Positions 1 through 10,464 of a DNA stretch of 58,351 nt are shown here, in pieces. The translations under genes and the position numbers were made by a program. Source of the DNA: Aeromicrobium sp. (GTDB taxonomy: Bacteria > Actinomycetota > Actinomycetes > Propionibacteriales > Nocardioidaceae); NCBI RefSeq assembly GCF_036676885.1, contig NZ_JAKFCB010000376.1, positions 1-58,351 of the forward strand, given 5' to 3'. The notes below the pieces were generated by a model. It searched no databases. It saw only the letters and a list, made by a program, of their open reading frames with translations, and had not been told where the DNA came from. Each line of letters starts with the position of its first letter. The stretch's first letter is position 1.

Positions 1-426
1 GTCACCGATCCCCTGCCGATCGTGGTCATCACCACCTTCGACCTCGACGAGTATGTCCACGGGGCGCTCAAGGCCGGCGCCCGCGGGTTCCTGCTCAAGG
101 ACGCCGGACCCGCCCTGCTGACCCAGGCCATCCACGCCGCCGCCGACGGAGACGCACTGATCGCACCCAGCGTGACTGTCCGACTGCTCGCAACGTTCGC
201 CCACGCACATACCTCAGCACCGAGGCAGCCGACAGAACCGCTCACCGCCCGCGAGGAGGAAGTCCTCGTGCCTGTGGCGCAAGGCCGCACAAACAGTGAG
301 ATCGCCAGCGAGCTCCATATCACCCCCAGCACCGTCAAGGCCCACCTCGCCAGCCTCATGCGAAAGCTCGGCGCGCGAAACCGCGTCGAGGTCGCCATGT
401 GGGCCCACGAGACCGGCCGCATCTGA
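1..426 (+). CDS. NarL/LuxR-family two-component response regulator (5' end outside window)
   Basis: Open frame from base 1; receiver motif TTFDLDEYV..AL.AGA.GFLLKD and LuxR HTH LTAREEEVL..VAQG.TN.EIA..L..T..TVK.H. Confidence 0.92.
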   Translation, partial: VTDPLPIVVITTFDLDEYVHGALKAGARGFLLKDAGPALLTQAIHAAADGDALIAPSVTVRLLATFAHAHTSAPRQPTEPLTAREEEVLVPVAQGRTNSEIASELHITPSTVKAHLASLMRKLGARNRVEVAMWAHETGRI

Positions 427-458
427 CGACGCAAAGGCTCCGCCGCTGGCGGCATGCA

Positions 459-488
459 GAAGGCCCGGACCTGTTGGTCCGGGCCTTC
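459..488. terminator. Perfect 13-bp hairpin, probable bidirectional terminator
   Basis: GAAGGCCCGGACC-TGTT-GGTCCGGGCCTTC between the response regulator stop and the displaced tRNA 3' end. Confidence 0.75.
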
Positions 489-537
489 GAGTGGTAGCGG
501 GGACAGGATTTGAACCTGTGACCTCTGGGTTATGAGC
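481..537 (-). repeat. att-like direct repeat: 3' part of tRNA-fMet (anticodon loop to CCA) plus 11 bp
   Basis: Exact 57-bp match to 21006-21062; flanking bases differ (480 c vs 21005 g; 538 g vs 21063 c). Confidence 0.95.
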
Positions 538-602
538 GGGTCGCCGGTGATGCGATGCGGCGTGGCCAGGTCCAGGGACGTCGAGCCCAAACCCTGATAT
601 CT

Positions 603-2348
603 TCACAGCGCGAATTCCATGCCCAGGTCGTCCTCGTCGAACACGGGCGCTAGGTTCTCGGCGTACTGCAGGTCGTCGTTGCTGGCGCCGGCCGCGATAC
701 TTGGCCACACCATCGCCTCGCGGCTGACCCGAAAGTCGATAACGACCGGGCGATCGTGGATCTTCATCGCCTCGTCGATGACATTGTCGACCTCGCGAGC
801 GGCGTCGCACATCAGCCCGACGCAACCCAACGCCTCGGCCAGCTTTGCGAAGTCCGGGAAGTGCTGCGAGCCAGCCCTCTGGAGGCTGATGTTGTTGACT
901 CGGCCCCCGAAGTAGAGGGACTGCTGCTGTCGGACCATGCCGAGTGATTCGTTGTTGATGACCGCCACCTTGATCGGCATCCCCTCCAACGCGCAGGTCG
1001 CCAACTCTTGGTTGGTCATCTGGAAGCAGCCATCACCATCGACAGACCAGACGGTGGCATCGGGGCGGCCGAGTTTGGCGCCCATCGCGGCGGGCACCGA
1101 GAATCCCATGGTGCCGAGTCCTGCGGAGCTGAGCCAGGTGGACGGCTGTTCGTACGGGATGAACTGCTGAGCCCACATCTGGTGTTGACCGACGCCCGCG
1201 ACGAAGATGGCGCCAGGGCCCGCGAGGACACCGAGGCGCTCGAGGACGTACTGGGGCGCCAATCCCTCCTCGTCCGGATCCGAGTAGCCCAGCGGGTAGC
1301 GGCACGCAACGCTCTTCAGAAACGCTCGCCACGGGTCGAGGTCAGGCGTCGAGCGTGTCGCAAGCTCTCGCACCAGATCTTCGATGACGTCGTTGCAGTC
1401 GCCGACGATCGGTACGTCGACGGCTCTGTTCTTGCCGATCTCTGCCGCATCGATATCGGCGTGGACGACCCTGGCGCCGGGTGCGAACGAGCGGGGTTCA
1501 CCCGTCACTCGGTCGTCGAAGCGAGCGCCCAGGGCGATGATGAGGTCGCTGCGCTGGAGGCCCGCCACTGCCGCCACGGTCCCGTGCATTCCCGGCATGC
1601 CGAGGTGCAAGGGATGCGAGTCGGGAAATGCCCCCCGCGCGGTGAGGGTCGTCACGACCGGGATTCCAGTCATGTCCGCGAGTTGTCGCAGGCCGTCCGA
1701 CGCTCTGGCTCGAATAACCCCGCCACCGACGTAGAGGATCGGACGGGTGGCCTCGCTGATGAGCCCGGCAGCCCGGGCGACACTCGATGGCGAGGGCCGC
1801 CCAGGGACGGAGTAGCCGGGCAGGCGCAGCGTCGGTGGCCAGGAGAACGTCGCCTGTCCCGTCAGTGCGCTCTTTGAGATGTCGACGAGAACCGGTCCGG
1901 GACGGCCCGTGCTGGCCACGTGGAAAGCCTCTGCGATGACGCGCGGGATATCGTCCGCGTCCTCAACGAGGTAGCTGTGCTTCGTGATCGGCATCGTGAT
2001 GCCCCGGATGTCAGCCTCCTGGAAGGCGTCGGTGCCCATCTTGGGCGACTCCACCTGGCCAGTGATCGCGACGATGGGAATCGAGTCCATGTAGGCATCG
2101 GCCAGCGGCGTCACGAGGTTGGTCGCGCCGGGTCCAGAGGTCGCCATGCAAACTCCGACATGGCCCGTGGCAAGGGCATAGCCTTCGGCTGCGTGTCCGG
2201 CACCCTGTTCATGCCGCACCAGCACGTGCCGGACCGACGAATCGTGGAGAGCGTCGTACGCAGGAAGGATCGCACCTCCCGGAACACCGAAGACGACCTC
2301 GACGCCCACCGCCTCCAACGCGGCGATCAAGCTCTGTGCACCGTTCAC
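603..2348 (-). CDS. ilvB: Acetolactate synthase large subunit (ThDP-dependent)
   Basis: [48 protein letters not shown] and the [12 protein letters not shown] ThDP motif. Confidence 0.92.
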   Translation of the reverse strand: MNGAQSLIAALEAVGVEVVFGVPGGAILPAYDALHDSSVRHVLVRHEQGAGHAAEGYALATGHVGVCMATSGPGATNLVTPLADAYMDSIPIVAITGQVESPKMGTDAFQEADIRGITMPITKHSYLVEDADDIPRVIAEAFHVASTGRPGPVLVDISKSALTGQATFSWPPTLRLPGYSVPGRPSPSSVARAAGLISEATRPILYVGGGVIRARASDGLRQLADMTGIPVVTTLTARGAFPDSHPLHLGMPGMHGTVAAVAGLQRSDLIIALGARFDDRVTGEPRSFAPGARVVHADIDAAEIGKNRAVDVPIVGDCNDVIEDLVRELATRSTPDLDPWRAFLKSVACRYPLGYSDPDEEGLAPQYVLERLGVLAGPGAIFVAGVGQHQMWAQQFIPYEQPSTWLSSAGLGTMGFSVPAAMGAKLGRPDATVWSVDGDGCFQMTNQELATCALEGMPIKVAVINNESLGMVRQQQSLYFGGRVNNISLQRAGSQHFPDFAKLAEALGCVGLMCDAAREVDNVIDEAMKIHDRPVVIDFRVSREAMVWPSIAAGASNDDLQYAENLAPVFDEDDLGMEFAL

Positions 2349-3469
2349 CGGCGCCCGTTTCGCTGTGCGAGATCGAACGAGCCCTGTTCGAGGCGTTCCT
2401 TGACGGCCGTGAGGTAGCGCGCAGCATCCGCGCCATCGACGACGCGATGGTCGTACGTCAGCGAAAGGAACACCATGCTGCGAATCGCAATGCCCTCGTC
2501 CTCCCCTTCCCGCCCGGTCACGACCGGGCGCCTTGCCACGACGCCGGCGCCCAGGATCGCCACCTGGGGCTGATTGATGATCGGTGTGTCCATGAGTGCT
2601 CCGCGGCTGCCGGTGTTGGTGATCGTGAAGGTGCCGCCCGTGAGCTCGTCGACGCCGATCGAGCTGGTGCGCGTCCGTTCCGCGACGTCCGCGATCCGCA
2701 TGGCGAGGTCCGTGACCGATAGCGACCCGGCATCGCGGATCACCGGGACGAACAGGCCCTTGTCGGTGTCGACGGCAACGCCGAGGTGCTCGGCGTCCGG
2801 ATAGCTGATCGTGCCGGCCGCGAGATCGATCGTGCTGTTGACCTGCGGGTACGTCCGCAGCGCCTCCAGCGCGGCCACCGCGATGAACGGAAGGTACGAG
2901 AGCTTGGTGCCCTCGCCCGGCACAAGCTCGGCATTGTGCCGTCGCCTCACGCGGCCGACCTCAGTCACATCGACCTCGACGATGGTCGTCAGTTGCGCCG
3001 AGGTCTTGAGGGACTCGACCATGCGGTGGGCGATGACCTTGCGCAGTCGGGAGAGATTTTGCGTGGTCCCGCGCACCGATGCACCCGCATCGTCCGCCGG
3101 CCTGTCCGCAGCCCCGTCCGCAGCGGACGACGGCTGCGCGACCTGTCGTTCCGAGTCGGCTTCGGGTTGAGACCTCGGCGGCGATGGCACCTCGGGCTCA
3201 AGTGCGGACTGTGGTTCATTCGTCTCCACCGCACCCTGCCTGATGATCGCAAGCACAGCACCAACGTCGACGATGCTGTCCTCGTCGACGCGGATCTCGG
3301 TCACGACACCGGACGCCGGCGACTCGAGCTCTGTGTCTACCTTGTCGGTCGACACCTCGACCAGGGGCTCGCCCATCTCGACCCTGTCTCCGACGGCCTT
3401 GAGCCAGGCGGAAATCGTGGCGCTGTCGATCGCTTCGCCCAGCGCTGGCAGCGTCACGGTCATATCCAT
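2345..3469 (-). CDS. Dihydrolipoamide acyltransferase (2-oxoacid dehydrogenase E2), one lipoyl domain
   Basis: Lipoyl motif [10 protein letters not shown]; catalytic motifs [11 protein letters not shown] and [17 protein letters not shown]; stop overlaps ilvB start. Confidence 0.92.
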   Translation of the reverse strand: MDMTVTLPALGEAIDSATISAWLKAVGDRVEMGEPLVEVSTDKVDTELESPASGVVTEIRVDEDSIVDVGAVLAIIRQGAVETNEPQSALEPEVPSPPRSQPEADSERQVAQPSSAADGAADRPADDAGASVRGTTQNLSRLRKVIAHRMVESLKTSAQLTTIVEVDVTEVGRVRRRHNAELVPGEGTKLSYLPFIAVAALEALRTYPQVNSTIDLAAGTISYPDAEHLGVAVDTDKGLFVPVIRDAGSLSVTDLAMRIADVAERTRTSSIGVDELTGGTFTITNTGSRGALMDTPIINQPQVAILGAGVVARRPVVTGREGEDEGIAIRSMVFLSLTYDHRVVDGADAARYLTAVKERLEQGSFDLAQRNGRR

Positions 3470-3490
3470 GGGTTCTCTCCTGCGTTGCGG

Positions 3491-5833
3491 TCAGCGGCCG
3501 ATGAGGGTCAGGGCGGCGTTGACGATGGAGCCTGTGTCGATGCCGTGGAGGCGGTAGGCGTCACCGAGATCGCTCGACTGGCCGAAATCCGAGACGCCCA
3601 GGCAACGGATGCGGTCGCCACGGGCACCGGCCAAGAACGACAGCGTGTGCGGATGGCCGTCCATGACCGTGACGAGGGGCGCTGCGGACGCAGGCGGGAA
3701 CAGGGCCGTGACGATGTCGTCGCCCCGAGCACTACCCACCGCACCCCGCTGGTTGAAGGATCGGAACACCAGGTCGGGGCTGGTCAAGCAGACCACTCCG
3801 GCCGTGACACCCTGCGCCGTCAGAGCACCGGCCGCGGCGATCACCTCGGGCATGATCGCCCCGACGCCGACCAAAGTGACCTGCTCGATCGCCGGATCGT
3901 GATCGGTGATGCGGTAGCCGCCCGCGACAGCCTGCTGCCGCCTGCGCTCGAGGAGCAACTCATCCTCGGGAACCGCCGCCAGCGATTGGTCGATGGGGCG
4001 GGTGGAGAGTCGAAAGTACGACGAGGTGCCGCCTTCGACGCCCACGCGCGACATCGCCGTGAGCATGCACCACTCCAGGTCCTGCGCGAAGGCCGGTTCC
4101 CAAGCAATGCACTCGGGTTGCTCCAGCCCGATCGACGGGGTGGTGATCGACTGGTGCGCACCACCTTCTGGTGCCAGGGTCACCCCAGACGGCGTCCCGA
4201 CAATGATCGACTGACCCCCTGAGTAGATGCCGTACGACCAGGGCTCGAGCGCTCGCGAGATGAATGGGTCGTACAACGTCGCGATCGGAATGAGTCGTTC
4301 ACCCCATCGCGACCAAGTCGCACCGAGTTCGCCCAGCAGGCAGACGAGATTGACTTCGGCGATACCCAGCTCGATGTGCTGGCCGCTGGTGAGCTCTGAC
4401 CACTTCAGAACCCGCTCCGTGTCGTCGGCGAACCAATCAAGGCGGTCCGCAGCGGACCACACGCCCGTCTTGTTGATCCACCCCCCGAGGTTGGTCGAGG
4501 AAGCGACGTCCGGGCTGCACGTCACGACACGGGCGGCGATCTCCGGCGCGGCACGCTTGAAGTCCGCGAGGAAGCGCCCCAGCGACGCTTGGGTCGCGAT
4601 TGGCGCCTTGTGGGAGCGCGAAAGACGCAACGGCACCGGACCCGTCGGCTGCGGCACGATCGGCGGACGGCTCATCGCCGCGCCGCGCATCTCGCACAAC
4701 GCAGCGGCGTCGGAGCCTGGCGGGAACGTGGCCCACGGATCGTCCATGTGCGCACCCGTCGCCCGCGCCAGTTCTACCATCTGATCGCCGGTGAGCAACG
4801 CGGAGTGATTGTTCGGGTGCCCCTCGGTCGGCAGGCCACGACCCTTGACGGTGTAGGCGAAGATCACTGTCGGGCGGGTCTCGTCGATCTCGCGAAAGGT
4901 GTCAAGCAGCAGCCCTATGTCATGACCACCGAGATCTCGGAGCGCGTCGGCCAGCTCTGGGGCCGGCAACGATGCCAGTAACCCTCGAAGGTCCTCACTT
5001 CCGGTCGCGCCCGCGATGCGGTCCGCGACCTCCGAGAAGTCGGCGCGCAGCAGCCGCTGATACTCCTCGTTGGGCATGTCTTCGAGCCGCTTCCGGAGCT
5101 CGCCGCCGCCGGGACGACCGAACAGCTCGGCGATCGCCCGTCCCCACTTCAGAGTGACGACCTGCCAGCCGGCCGCCTCGAACATGCCCATGAGACGGTG
5201 AATCTGGACGTCAGGGACCACTCGGTCGAGTGACTGCCGGTTCAGGTCGACAATCCACAGCAGCTCACCGAGCTGGGCCACCGAGGGGTCGGCAACGGCT
5301 TCCCAGATCGCTCCCTCGTCGAGCTCCGCGTCCCCCAGGAGGCTCACGAATCGTCCGGCTGCGGGCGTGGTGGCGAAGTGCGAGCTCACGTACCTGTGTG
5401 ACATCGCGGCCCAGAGGGCTGCGGTCGCACCAATGCCCACCGAGCCGGTCGAGAAGTCGACGGTGTCCGGGTCCTTCCGCCGACTGGGGTACGACTGCAG
5501 GCCACCCTTGGCCCGGAGCGTCGTCAGGTAGCGCCGATCCAGGTCACCCAGCAAGTAGTTGATCGCGTGCAGGACCGGCGAGGCGTGTGGCTTGACCGAC
5601 ACCCGGTCAAGGTTGGTCAGCTCCGAAAACCACAGCGCCACCATGATCTCGACCATCGAGGCGCTCGACGCCTGATGCCCACCGACCTTGACTCCCGACT
5701 CGTTGGGCCGACCGCGATTGGCAGCGTCCACGATCGCCGTGGCGATCCAACGGACCCGCTCAGCGACGTCGCGAAGCACGTCGACGTCATGGGTGAGGTC
5801 GGTGTCCCGACGGGATGAGATGGATGACGTCAT
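3491..5833 (-). CDS. AceE/transketolase-like ThDP-dependent dehydrogenase E1 component
   Basis: GGHQASSAS, KPHASP, LGDAELDEG, NRQSLD, GIAE, EGGAHQS motifs; ATG at 5833 preceded by AAGGA (start chosen inside the 818-aa ORF). Confidence 0.88.
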   Translation of the reverse strand: MTSSISSRRDTDLTHDVDVLRDVAERVRWIATAIVDAANRGRPNESGVKVGGHQASSASMVEIMVALWFSELTNLDRVSVKPHASPVLHAINYLLGDLDRRYLTTLRAKGGLQSYPSRRKDPDTVDFSTGSVGIGATAALWAAMSHRYVSSHFATTPAAGRFVSLLGDAELDEGAIWEAVADPSVAQLGELLWIVDLNRQSLDRVVPDVQIHRLMGMFEAAGWQVVTLKWGRAIAELFGRPGGGELRKRLEDMPNEEYQRLLRADFSEVADRIAGATGSEDLRGLLASLPAPELADALRDLGGHDIGLLLDTFREIDETRPTVIFAYTVKGRGLPTEGHPNNHSALLTGDQMVELARATGAHMDDPWATFPPGSDAAALCEMRGAAMSRPPIVPQPTGPVPLRLSRSHKAPIATQASLGRFLADFKRAAPEIAARVVTCSPDVASSTNLGGWINKTGVWSAADRLDWFADDTERVLKWSELTSGQHIELGIAEVNLVCLLGELGATWSRWGERLIPIATLYDPFISRALEPWSYGIYSGGQSIIVGTPSGVTLAPEGGAHQSITTPSIGLEQPECIAWEPAFAQDLEWCMLTAMSRVGVEGGTSSYFRLSTRPIDQSLAAVPEDELLLERRRQQAVAGGYRITDHDPAIEQVTLVGVGAIMPEVIAAAGALTAQGVTAGVVCLTSPDLVFRSFNQRGAVGSARGDDIVTALFPPASAAPLVTVMDGHPHTLSFLAGARGDRIRCLGVSDFGQSSDLGDAYRLHGIDTGSIVNAALTLIGR

Positions 5834-5888
5834 GATGATCCTTGGGTACGTAGGTGGGCGACGGAGATGCTCGAGCGCGGGGTGGTCT

Positions 5889-6122
5889 TCACGGCCGAAG
5901 CCCGATGGTCCGGGCACATTCGTGGCATAGGTCGGGATTGCGGACATCGACCGGCCGATCGAAATACATCGGCCAGTTCACCGCCCACTGCCCGCAGGCA
6001 GTCCCGGTGTCGCCGAGACGACGCAGATGTTGTGTCCCCCGTGGCTCCCGGCGACTCGTGGGACCCGCAGCGAACTGCTGGCAACTGATGAAATGCTCTC
6101 GGCTCTTTTGGCGGTTTGCCAT
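5889..6122 (-). CDS. Small hypothetical protein (77 aa) with H..CG..CxxC, possible metal binding
   Basis: GAAAGG RBS 8 nt before ATG at 6122; co-oriented in the operon gap; QH..TACG..W..CHEC pattern. Confidence 0.6.
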   Translation of the reverse strand: MANRQKSREHFISCQQFAAGPTSRREPRGTQHLRRLGDTGTACGQWAVNWPMYFDRPVDVRNPDLCHECARTIGLRP

Positions 6123-6242
6123 GGTTCCCACCTTTCGCTTTGGCCCCTCGGGCCAGTCAGGTCCGACGCATCCTCGGCCAGCGGATTCGGGCCTGCGTAC
6201 CTGCGCGAGCAGCCCTTCACAGTCGCTGGCCCCAGCGTCAGA

Positions 6243-7865
6243 TCACCCATTGATCATGGTTGGCTGCGAGCTCCACTCGACCTCGCGCAGCTCGCTCTTG
6301 CGGATCTTCCCGGTGGAGGTCTTCGGAAGATCCGCCACGAACTCAACTGCTCGTGGCGCCTTGTACGACGCGATCTGTGCCTTGACGTGCGCAATGGCCT
6401 CGGCTTCGTCGATGTCCAGCTTCCCCGTAGTCACGACAAACGCCTTCGGCCTCTCGCCCCACTTGTCATCCGGCACGCCCACGACGGCAACCTCCAGAAT
6501 CGCCGGGTGCGATAGAAGGGCCTGTTCGACCTCGATCGTCGAGATGTTCTCCCCACCCGAGATCACGACGTCCTTCGCGCGGTCGAGCAGTTGGACGTAC
6601 CCGTCGTCATGCATGACGCCCAGGTCGCCGGAATGGAACCATCCGCCCACAGTCGCCTTCCGCGTCGCGTCCTCATCGCGGTAGTAGCCCTTCATCACCG
6701 TGTTGCCGCGCATGACTATCTCGCCCATTTCAACGCCGTCAGTGGCGACGTCGATCAGCTCGCCCTCTGGCGAAAGCTCAGCGCGTACGACCCTCAGCCG
6801 TTCAGCCGTGATCATCCCAACGCCTTGACGAGCCGTGAGTCGTGCGTGGTCGTCGACGTCCAGCTCGTTCCACTCCGGCTTGGGTTCACACACGGAGTAC
6901 GGCCCGTACGTCTCGGTGAGCCCGTAGATGTGAACGATCGACGCACCAAGGGCGCGTACGGCAGCGATGATCGTGGGACTTGGTGGCGCACCACCGTTGC
7001 TGATGGTCAGCGGCGTCGCGAGAGGGTGGGCCTGCTCTGCGTTGACCAAGGTCGTCAGGATCGTCGGCGCACCATTGAGGTGGGAGATCTGATGCTCGTC
7101 AATCAGGGACCACATGGTCTCGGCGCGCACCGCTCGGTAACACACTTGAGTACCCAATGCCGCGACGACGGCCCAGGTCGTGCACCACCCGTTGCAATGG
7201 AACATCGGCAGCGTCCACAGGTAGGTGGTCGCTTGGTCGAACGATGAGTGGTGGATGCCGCCGAGGGCATTCAGGTAGGCGCCGCGGTGGGAGTACATGA
7301 CTCCCTTGGGGCGCCCAGTGGTCCCGGAGGTGTAGTTGATGGCGAGTGTCCGAGTCTCGTCGTCCACCTCCCAACGCAGGTCGTCGCCCTGACTTCGGGC
7401 CAGCAACTCGTCGTAGCCAGTGAAGTCGCCGTCCCCGGTGATGTGCCCGTCGACTGTGGGGAGTTCTATCCACTCGCCGATCGTCGGGAACTCGGCACCA
7501 CTCATGCGAAGCGGTTGCAGTAGGTCGAGGTCTCCGCACAGCATCCCGGCTCCCGAGTGCTCGCAGATGTAGCTGATCTCGGCCGGCGACAGCCGTGTGT
7601 TGATCGCGACCAGGACACCCCGTGCCAGCGGCACCGCGAAGTGGGCGATGAGGAGTTCGGCCGAGTTGGTCGCCACGTAGGCCACCCGCTCGCCGTCGGA
7701 GACGCCCGACGCGCGGAGCGCCTTCGCCAGCGTTTGCGCCGACTCCGCGAATTCGCGGTAGGTCCACCGCCGTTGTCCGTCGATGATGGCGACCTTGTCG
7801 GGCATGACCTCGGCTGCGCGCTCAAGGAATCGTACTGGTGTCAGAGGGATGTCAAGACCGGTCAC
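6243..7865 (-). CDS. Acyl-CoA synthetase (AMP-forming, short/medium-chain type)
   Basis: YTSGTTGRPKG, YLWTLPMFHCNGW, YGLTE, GWFHSGD, PKTSTGK; AGGAGG before GTG at 7865. Confidence 0.92.
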   Translation of the reverse strand: MTGLDIPLTPVRFLERAAEVMPDKVAIIDGQRRWTYREFAESAQTLAKALRASGVSDGERVAYVATNSAELLIAHFAVPLARGVLVAINTRLSPAEISYICEHSGAGMLCGDLDLLQPLRMSGAEFPTIGEWIELPTVDGHITGDGDFTGYDELLARSQGDDLRWEVDDETRTLAINYTSGTTGRPKGVMYSHRGAYLNALGGIHHSSFDQATTYLWTLPMFHCNGWCTTWAVVAALGTQVCYRAVRAETMWSLIDEHQISHLNGAPTILTTLVNAEQAHPLATPLTISNGGAPPSPTIIAAVRALGASIVHIYGLTETYGPYSVCEPKPEWNELDVDDHARLTARQGVGMITAERLRVVRAELSPEGELIDVATDGVEMGEIVMRGNTVMKGYYRDEDATRKATVGGWFHSGDLGVMHDDGYVQLLDRAKDVVISGGENISTIEVEQALLSHPAILEVAVVGVPDDKWGERPKAFVVTTGKLDIDEAEAIAHVKAQIASYKAPRAVEFVADLPKTSTGKIRKSELREVEWSSQPTMING

Positions 7866-7963
7866 GTGTCCTCCTGTTGAAGCCATTTTTCGTTGGTGCG
7901 AAAGATCGTCGGATGGGGCGGTTTTCGATGCATCGGGATCCCGCTGTCATGAACCGAACACCG

Positions 7964-8479
7964 TCAGTCGTCGGCCGACACCAAGGTGCGGAAGCGGCTG
8001 TCGTGGAACACAAGCGGGGGCGCTGCCTCGTTGACCGCAGTGCCAGTGACCTCCAGCAGGACGACGTCGTGGTCTCCTGCCGGGATGGATGCTGAGATGG
8101 TGCAGTCGAACCAGGCCGCAGCGTCAGCAAGGAAGACTCCGTTGGACTCACTGGCGAACCAGGAGATCCCGGCGAACCGGTCGACGTTCTTGGCGGCAAT
8201 CTGCAGGACCGCGGCCTCCTGACTCGAAGACAGAACGGAGACGCCAAGGCGACCGCCTTCAGACAGAACCGGCCACGTGTTCGATGTGTGCTGCACGCAG
8301 ATCGACACCAAAGCCGGCTCCATGGAAACTGGAGTGAACGAGGTGGCCACCATCCCGACGGGAAGGCCGTCCTTGAGCGCGCACACAGCCGCCACACCAG
8401 TGGGATACCGGCCGTACAGCGTGCGCAACCTGGCCGCGTCAACCTCTGGCTGACCGGACTTCACTGGATCGAAATCCAT
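7964..8479 (-). CDS. Flavin reductase (HpaC/NtaB-like)
   Basis: YPTGV, GMVATSFTPVSMEP.LV, AGDH, PLVF motifs; GAGGAGG before ATG at 8479 (alternative start 8551). Confidence 0.9.
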   Translation of the reverse strand: MDFDPVKSGQPEVDAARLRTLYGRYPTGVAAVCALKDGLPVGMVATSFTPVSMEPALVSICVQHTSNTWPVLSEGGRLGVSVLSSSQEAAVLQIAAKNVDRFAGISWFASESNGVFLADAAAWFDCTISASIPAGDHDVVLLEVTGTAVNEAAPPLVFHDSRFRTLVSADD

Positions 8480-8552
8480 CGTGGTGCACCTCCTCGGCAG
8501 AGATGAAACGTGTCCATTCGTTGGAATGACGAGTGCTCCGGAACTACGCATG

Positions 8553-9320
8553 TCAGGCTCCTCGGGTTCGTGCGTGCTCGACGATGAGTGAGGTCACGGC
8601 CTCCAGACACGCCCGTCCGATCGACGGGGACGCACCTGCTGGATCTCCCAGGACGCCATTTGGAGCGACCGAGTCAAGCCCTTCACTGAAGACGTGCGCG
8701 AGGAGCTCGTCATCAACCGGTCCCATGAACCCGCGGTCTAGGTGTCCGACCCGAACCCTGTCCGGTGCGAGGGCCAGCATCACTGACGTTTCCGCCACGT
8801 CTGCGTGCCCGCCCACGTTGCGTCCCAGGGACGCCACGTCCTCGGCCGCTTGGCGCCAGGCCTCGAGGATCGCGCTGCTGTCGGTGAAGACGATGACTGA
8901 CAACGGAGCAAGCTTGCGTGCCAGACGCAGCTCGAACTCCCGCATGACCGGGTAGTTCCCGATATGGCCGGAGAAGATCAGCAACCGTTCGAAACCGGAC
9001 CTGACGAGATTCGACCCATAGTCCTCGCAGATCGCTTCAAGGGTGCTCGCCCGCAGCGAAAGCGTGCCTGGGAATGCCAGGTGGTGCGGCGAGTACCCGA
9101 CCCTGACCGTGGGCAGGACGAGCGCTCCTCCGAGGCCTTGGGCGACTCGAACGGCGAGTTCGTCGGCATGATCTGCGTCCATGGAGAGCGGCAGATGTGC
9201 ACCATGCTGTTCGACGGCCGCGAGGGGAAGTATCGCCGTGCGAGACCCGTTCGCGACTGCATCCGCGACCTCCGCGCTCGTCAGGTGCTCCACCCGGTTC
9301 TCGCGCCGCAAGGTGTTCAT
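8553..9320 (-). CDS. Creatininase-family amidohydrolase
   Basis: EQHG.HLP..D, G.SPHH..FPGT, GH.GN, HA...ETS, NGVLGDP motifs. Confidence 0.92.
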   Translation of the reverse strand: MNTLRRENRVEHLTSAEVADAVANGSRTAILPLAAVEQHGAHLPLSMDADHADELAVRVAQGLGGALVLPTVRVGYSPHHLAFPGTLSLRASTLEAICEDYGSNLVRSGFERLLIFSGHIGNYPVMREFELRLARKLAPLSVIVFTDSSAILEAWRQAAEDVASLGRNVGGHADVAETSVMLALAPDRVRVGHLDRGFMGPVDDELLAHVFSEGLDSVAPNGVLGDPAGASPSIGRACLEAVTSLIVEHARTRGA

Positions 9321-10156
9321 GGGCGGCCAGCATCCGCGGAACGGGCCTGACGCGCCATGCCGTTCTGCTCATCGCGCCGAGGCCGATCCCCTCTCCAGCC
9401 GTCCCTCAAGCTGCGTGCAACCGGATCATCGAAATAGTCCGCAGCGGATGCAAGCGTCTGGTTCAGGGAGGCCGCGTCGCGGGCCTCGTCAGGGTCGTTG
9501 ACACTTCGCTTGAGCGCCGCGTACAGGACGGGAGCCTTCGCCCCCGCTGTCCGCGCCGCGTCAATGGCCGTGTCGAGGAGATCGGCCGACGGAGCCAGGT
9601 CGTCGACAAGCTGGATGTCCAGCGCGTGCCCGGCATCGAACAGGTCGCCCGACAACAGCATTTGCCGGGTGGCCCGCATTCCAAGCAGACGGGTCGCACG
9701 CTGGACACCCTTGTCGGCGGGCAGCAGGCCGTGGTTGATCTCTGGGAACCCGAACCGTGCGCTGGCAACCGCAAACACGGCATCGGCGAACAGCGCGATC
9801 TCCATGCCGCCGCCCACACAGTGACCGTTGACAGCCGCGACGATCGGCCGCGGATATTGGTCCATGGCGACGAGGAGTGCGTGGAACTCCCGCATGCGCG
9901 CATCAATGTCCTGGGGAGACGCTCCGTCCAGCTCCTTGATGTCGCCTCCGGCGCTGAAGAAGCGCTCCCCACGACCAGTGAGAACCAACGGGGGCGGATC
10001 CGATTTCGTGGCGAGCTCGGTGAACAGCACGGTGAGGTCGTGAATGAGCGCACCATCCAACGCATTCGCCGGCGGTCGATCGATGGTCACGATGACGACG
10101 CCATCGCTGTGCAGCACGCTGAGACCGGCGCTCATTCCTGCCTCTCCCTGTGACAT
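9317..10156 (-). CDS. Enoyl-CoA hydratase/isomerase (both catalytic Glu present)
   Basis: FSAGGDI, AAVNGHCVGGGME, FGFPE motifs; start may be the second Met. Confidence 0.9.
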   Translation of the reverse strand: MSQGEAGMSAGLSVLHSDGVVIVTIDRPPANALDGALIHDLTVLFTELATKSDPPPLVLTGRGERFFSAGGDIKELDGASPQDIDARMREFHALLVAMDQYPRPIVAAVNGHCVGGGMEIALFADAVFAVASARFGFPEINHGLLPADKGVQRATRLLGMRATRQMLLSGDLFDAGHALDIQLVDDLAPSADLLDTAIDAARTAGAKAPVLYAALKRSVNDPDEARDAASLNQTLASAADYFDDPVARSLRDGWRGDRPRRDEQNGMARQARSADAGRP

Positions 10157-10227
10157 GTCCTACCTACCCCCGTCATCGACGGCTGAGGCCATACAGATCA
10201 GCTGCATCGTCCTCAACCCTTCCTCAG

Positions 10228-10272
10228 ATGTTAATTCAGATTAACATACGACGCTCTCGGCTCATTTGTCAA
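10228..10272 (-). promoter_or_regulatory. Housekeeping-type promoter of the ech-ilvB operon overlapped by a TetR operator
   Basis: Minus strand TTGACA (10272-10267), 18 bp, TATGTT (10248-10243); palindrome ATGTTAAT-TCAG-ATTAACAT at 10228-10247. Confidence 0.8.
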
Positions 10273-10385
10273 TGAGCTCCATGGGCCTGGCTACGAATCC
10301 CTCTGCACACGAACGAAATGACCGGCCTCGGTGCGCCGAAGGATCCCAACGCGCCACGCCCCAGCTCCCCTAGGATCGTCACGAC

Positions 10386-10401
10386 GTTAATCCTGATTAA
10401 C
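10386..10401. promoter_or_regulatory. TetR operator upstream of tetR1 (autoregulation)
   Basis: GTTAAT-CCTG-ATTAAC just after a TAGGAT -10-like hexamer at 10371. Confidence 0.75.
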
Positions 10402-10464
10402 ACACGGAGCAGAATGGTCGGCTCTCACGCCCGCGCCAACTGCCGGTCAGGTAGCGTGCGAGCG

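Noticed and set aside
492-537. Second tRNA-Met gene
   Set aside because: Only the 3' 46 nt are present, with no D-arm or 5' acceptor strand; treated as an att repeat
8553-9320. Mycofactocin cluster (MftE)
   Set aside because: Creatininase fold only; no precursor peptide, radical SAM or MftB-like gene nearby
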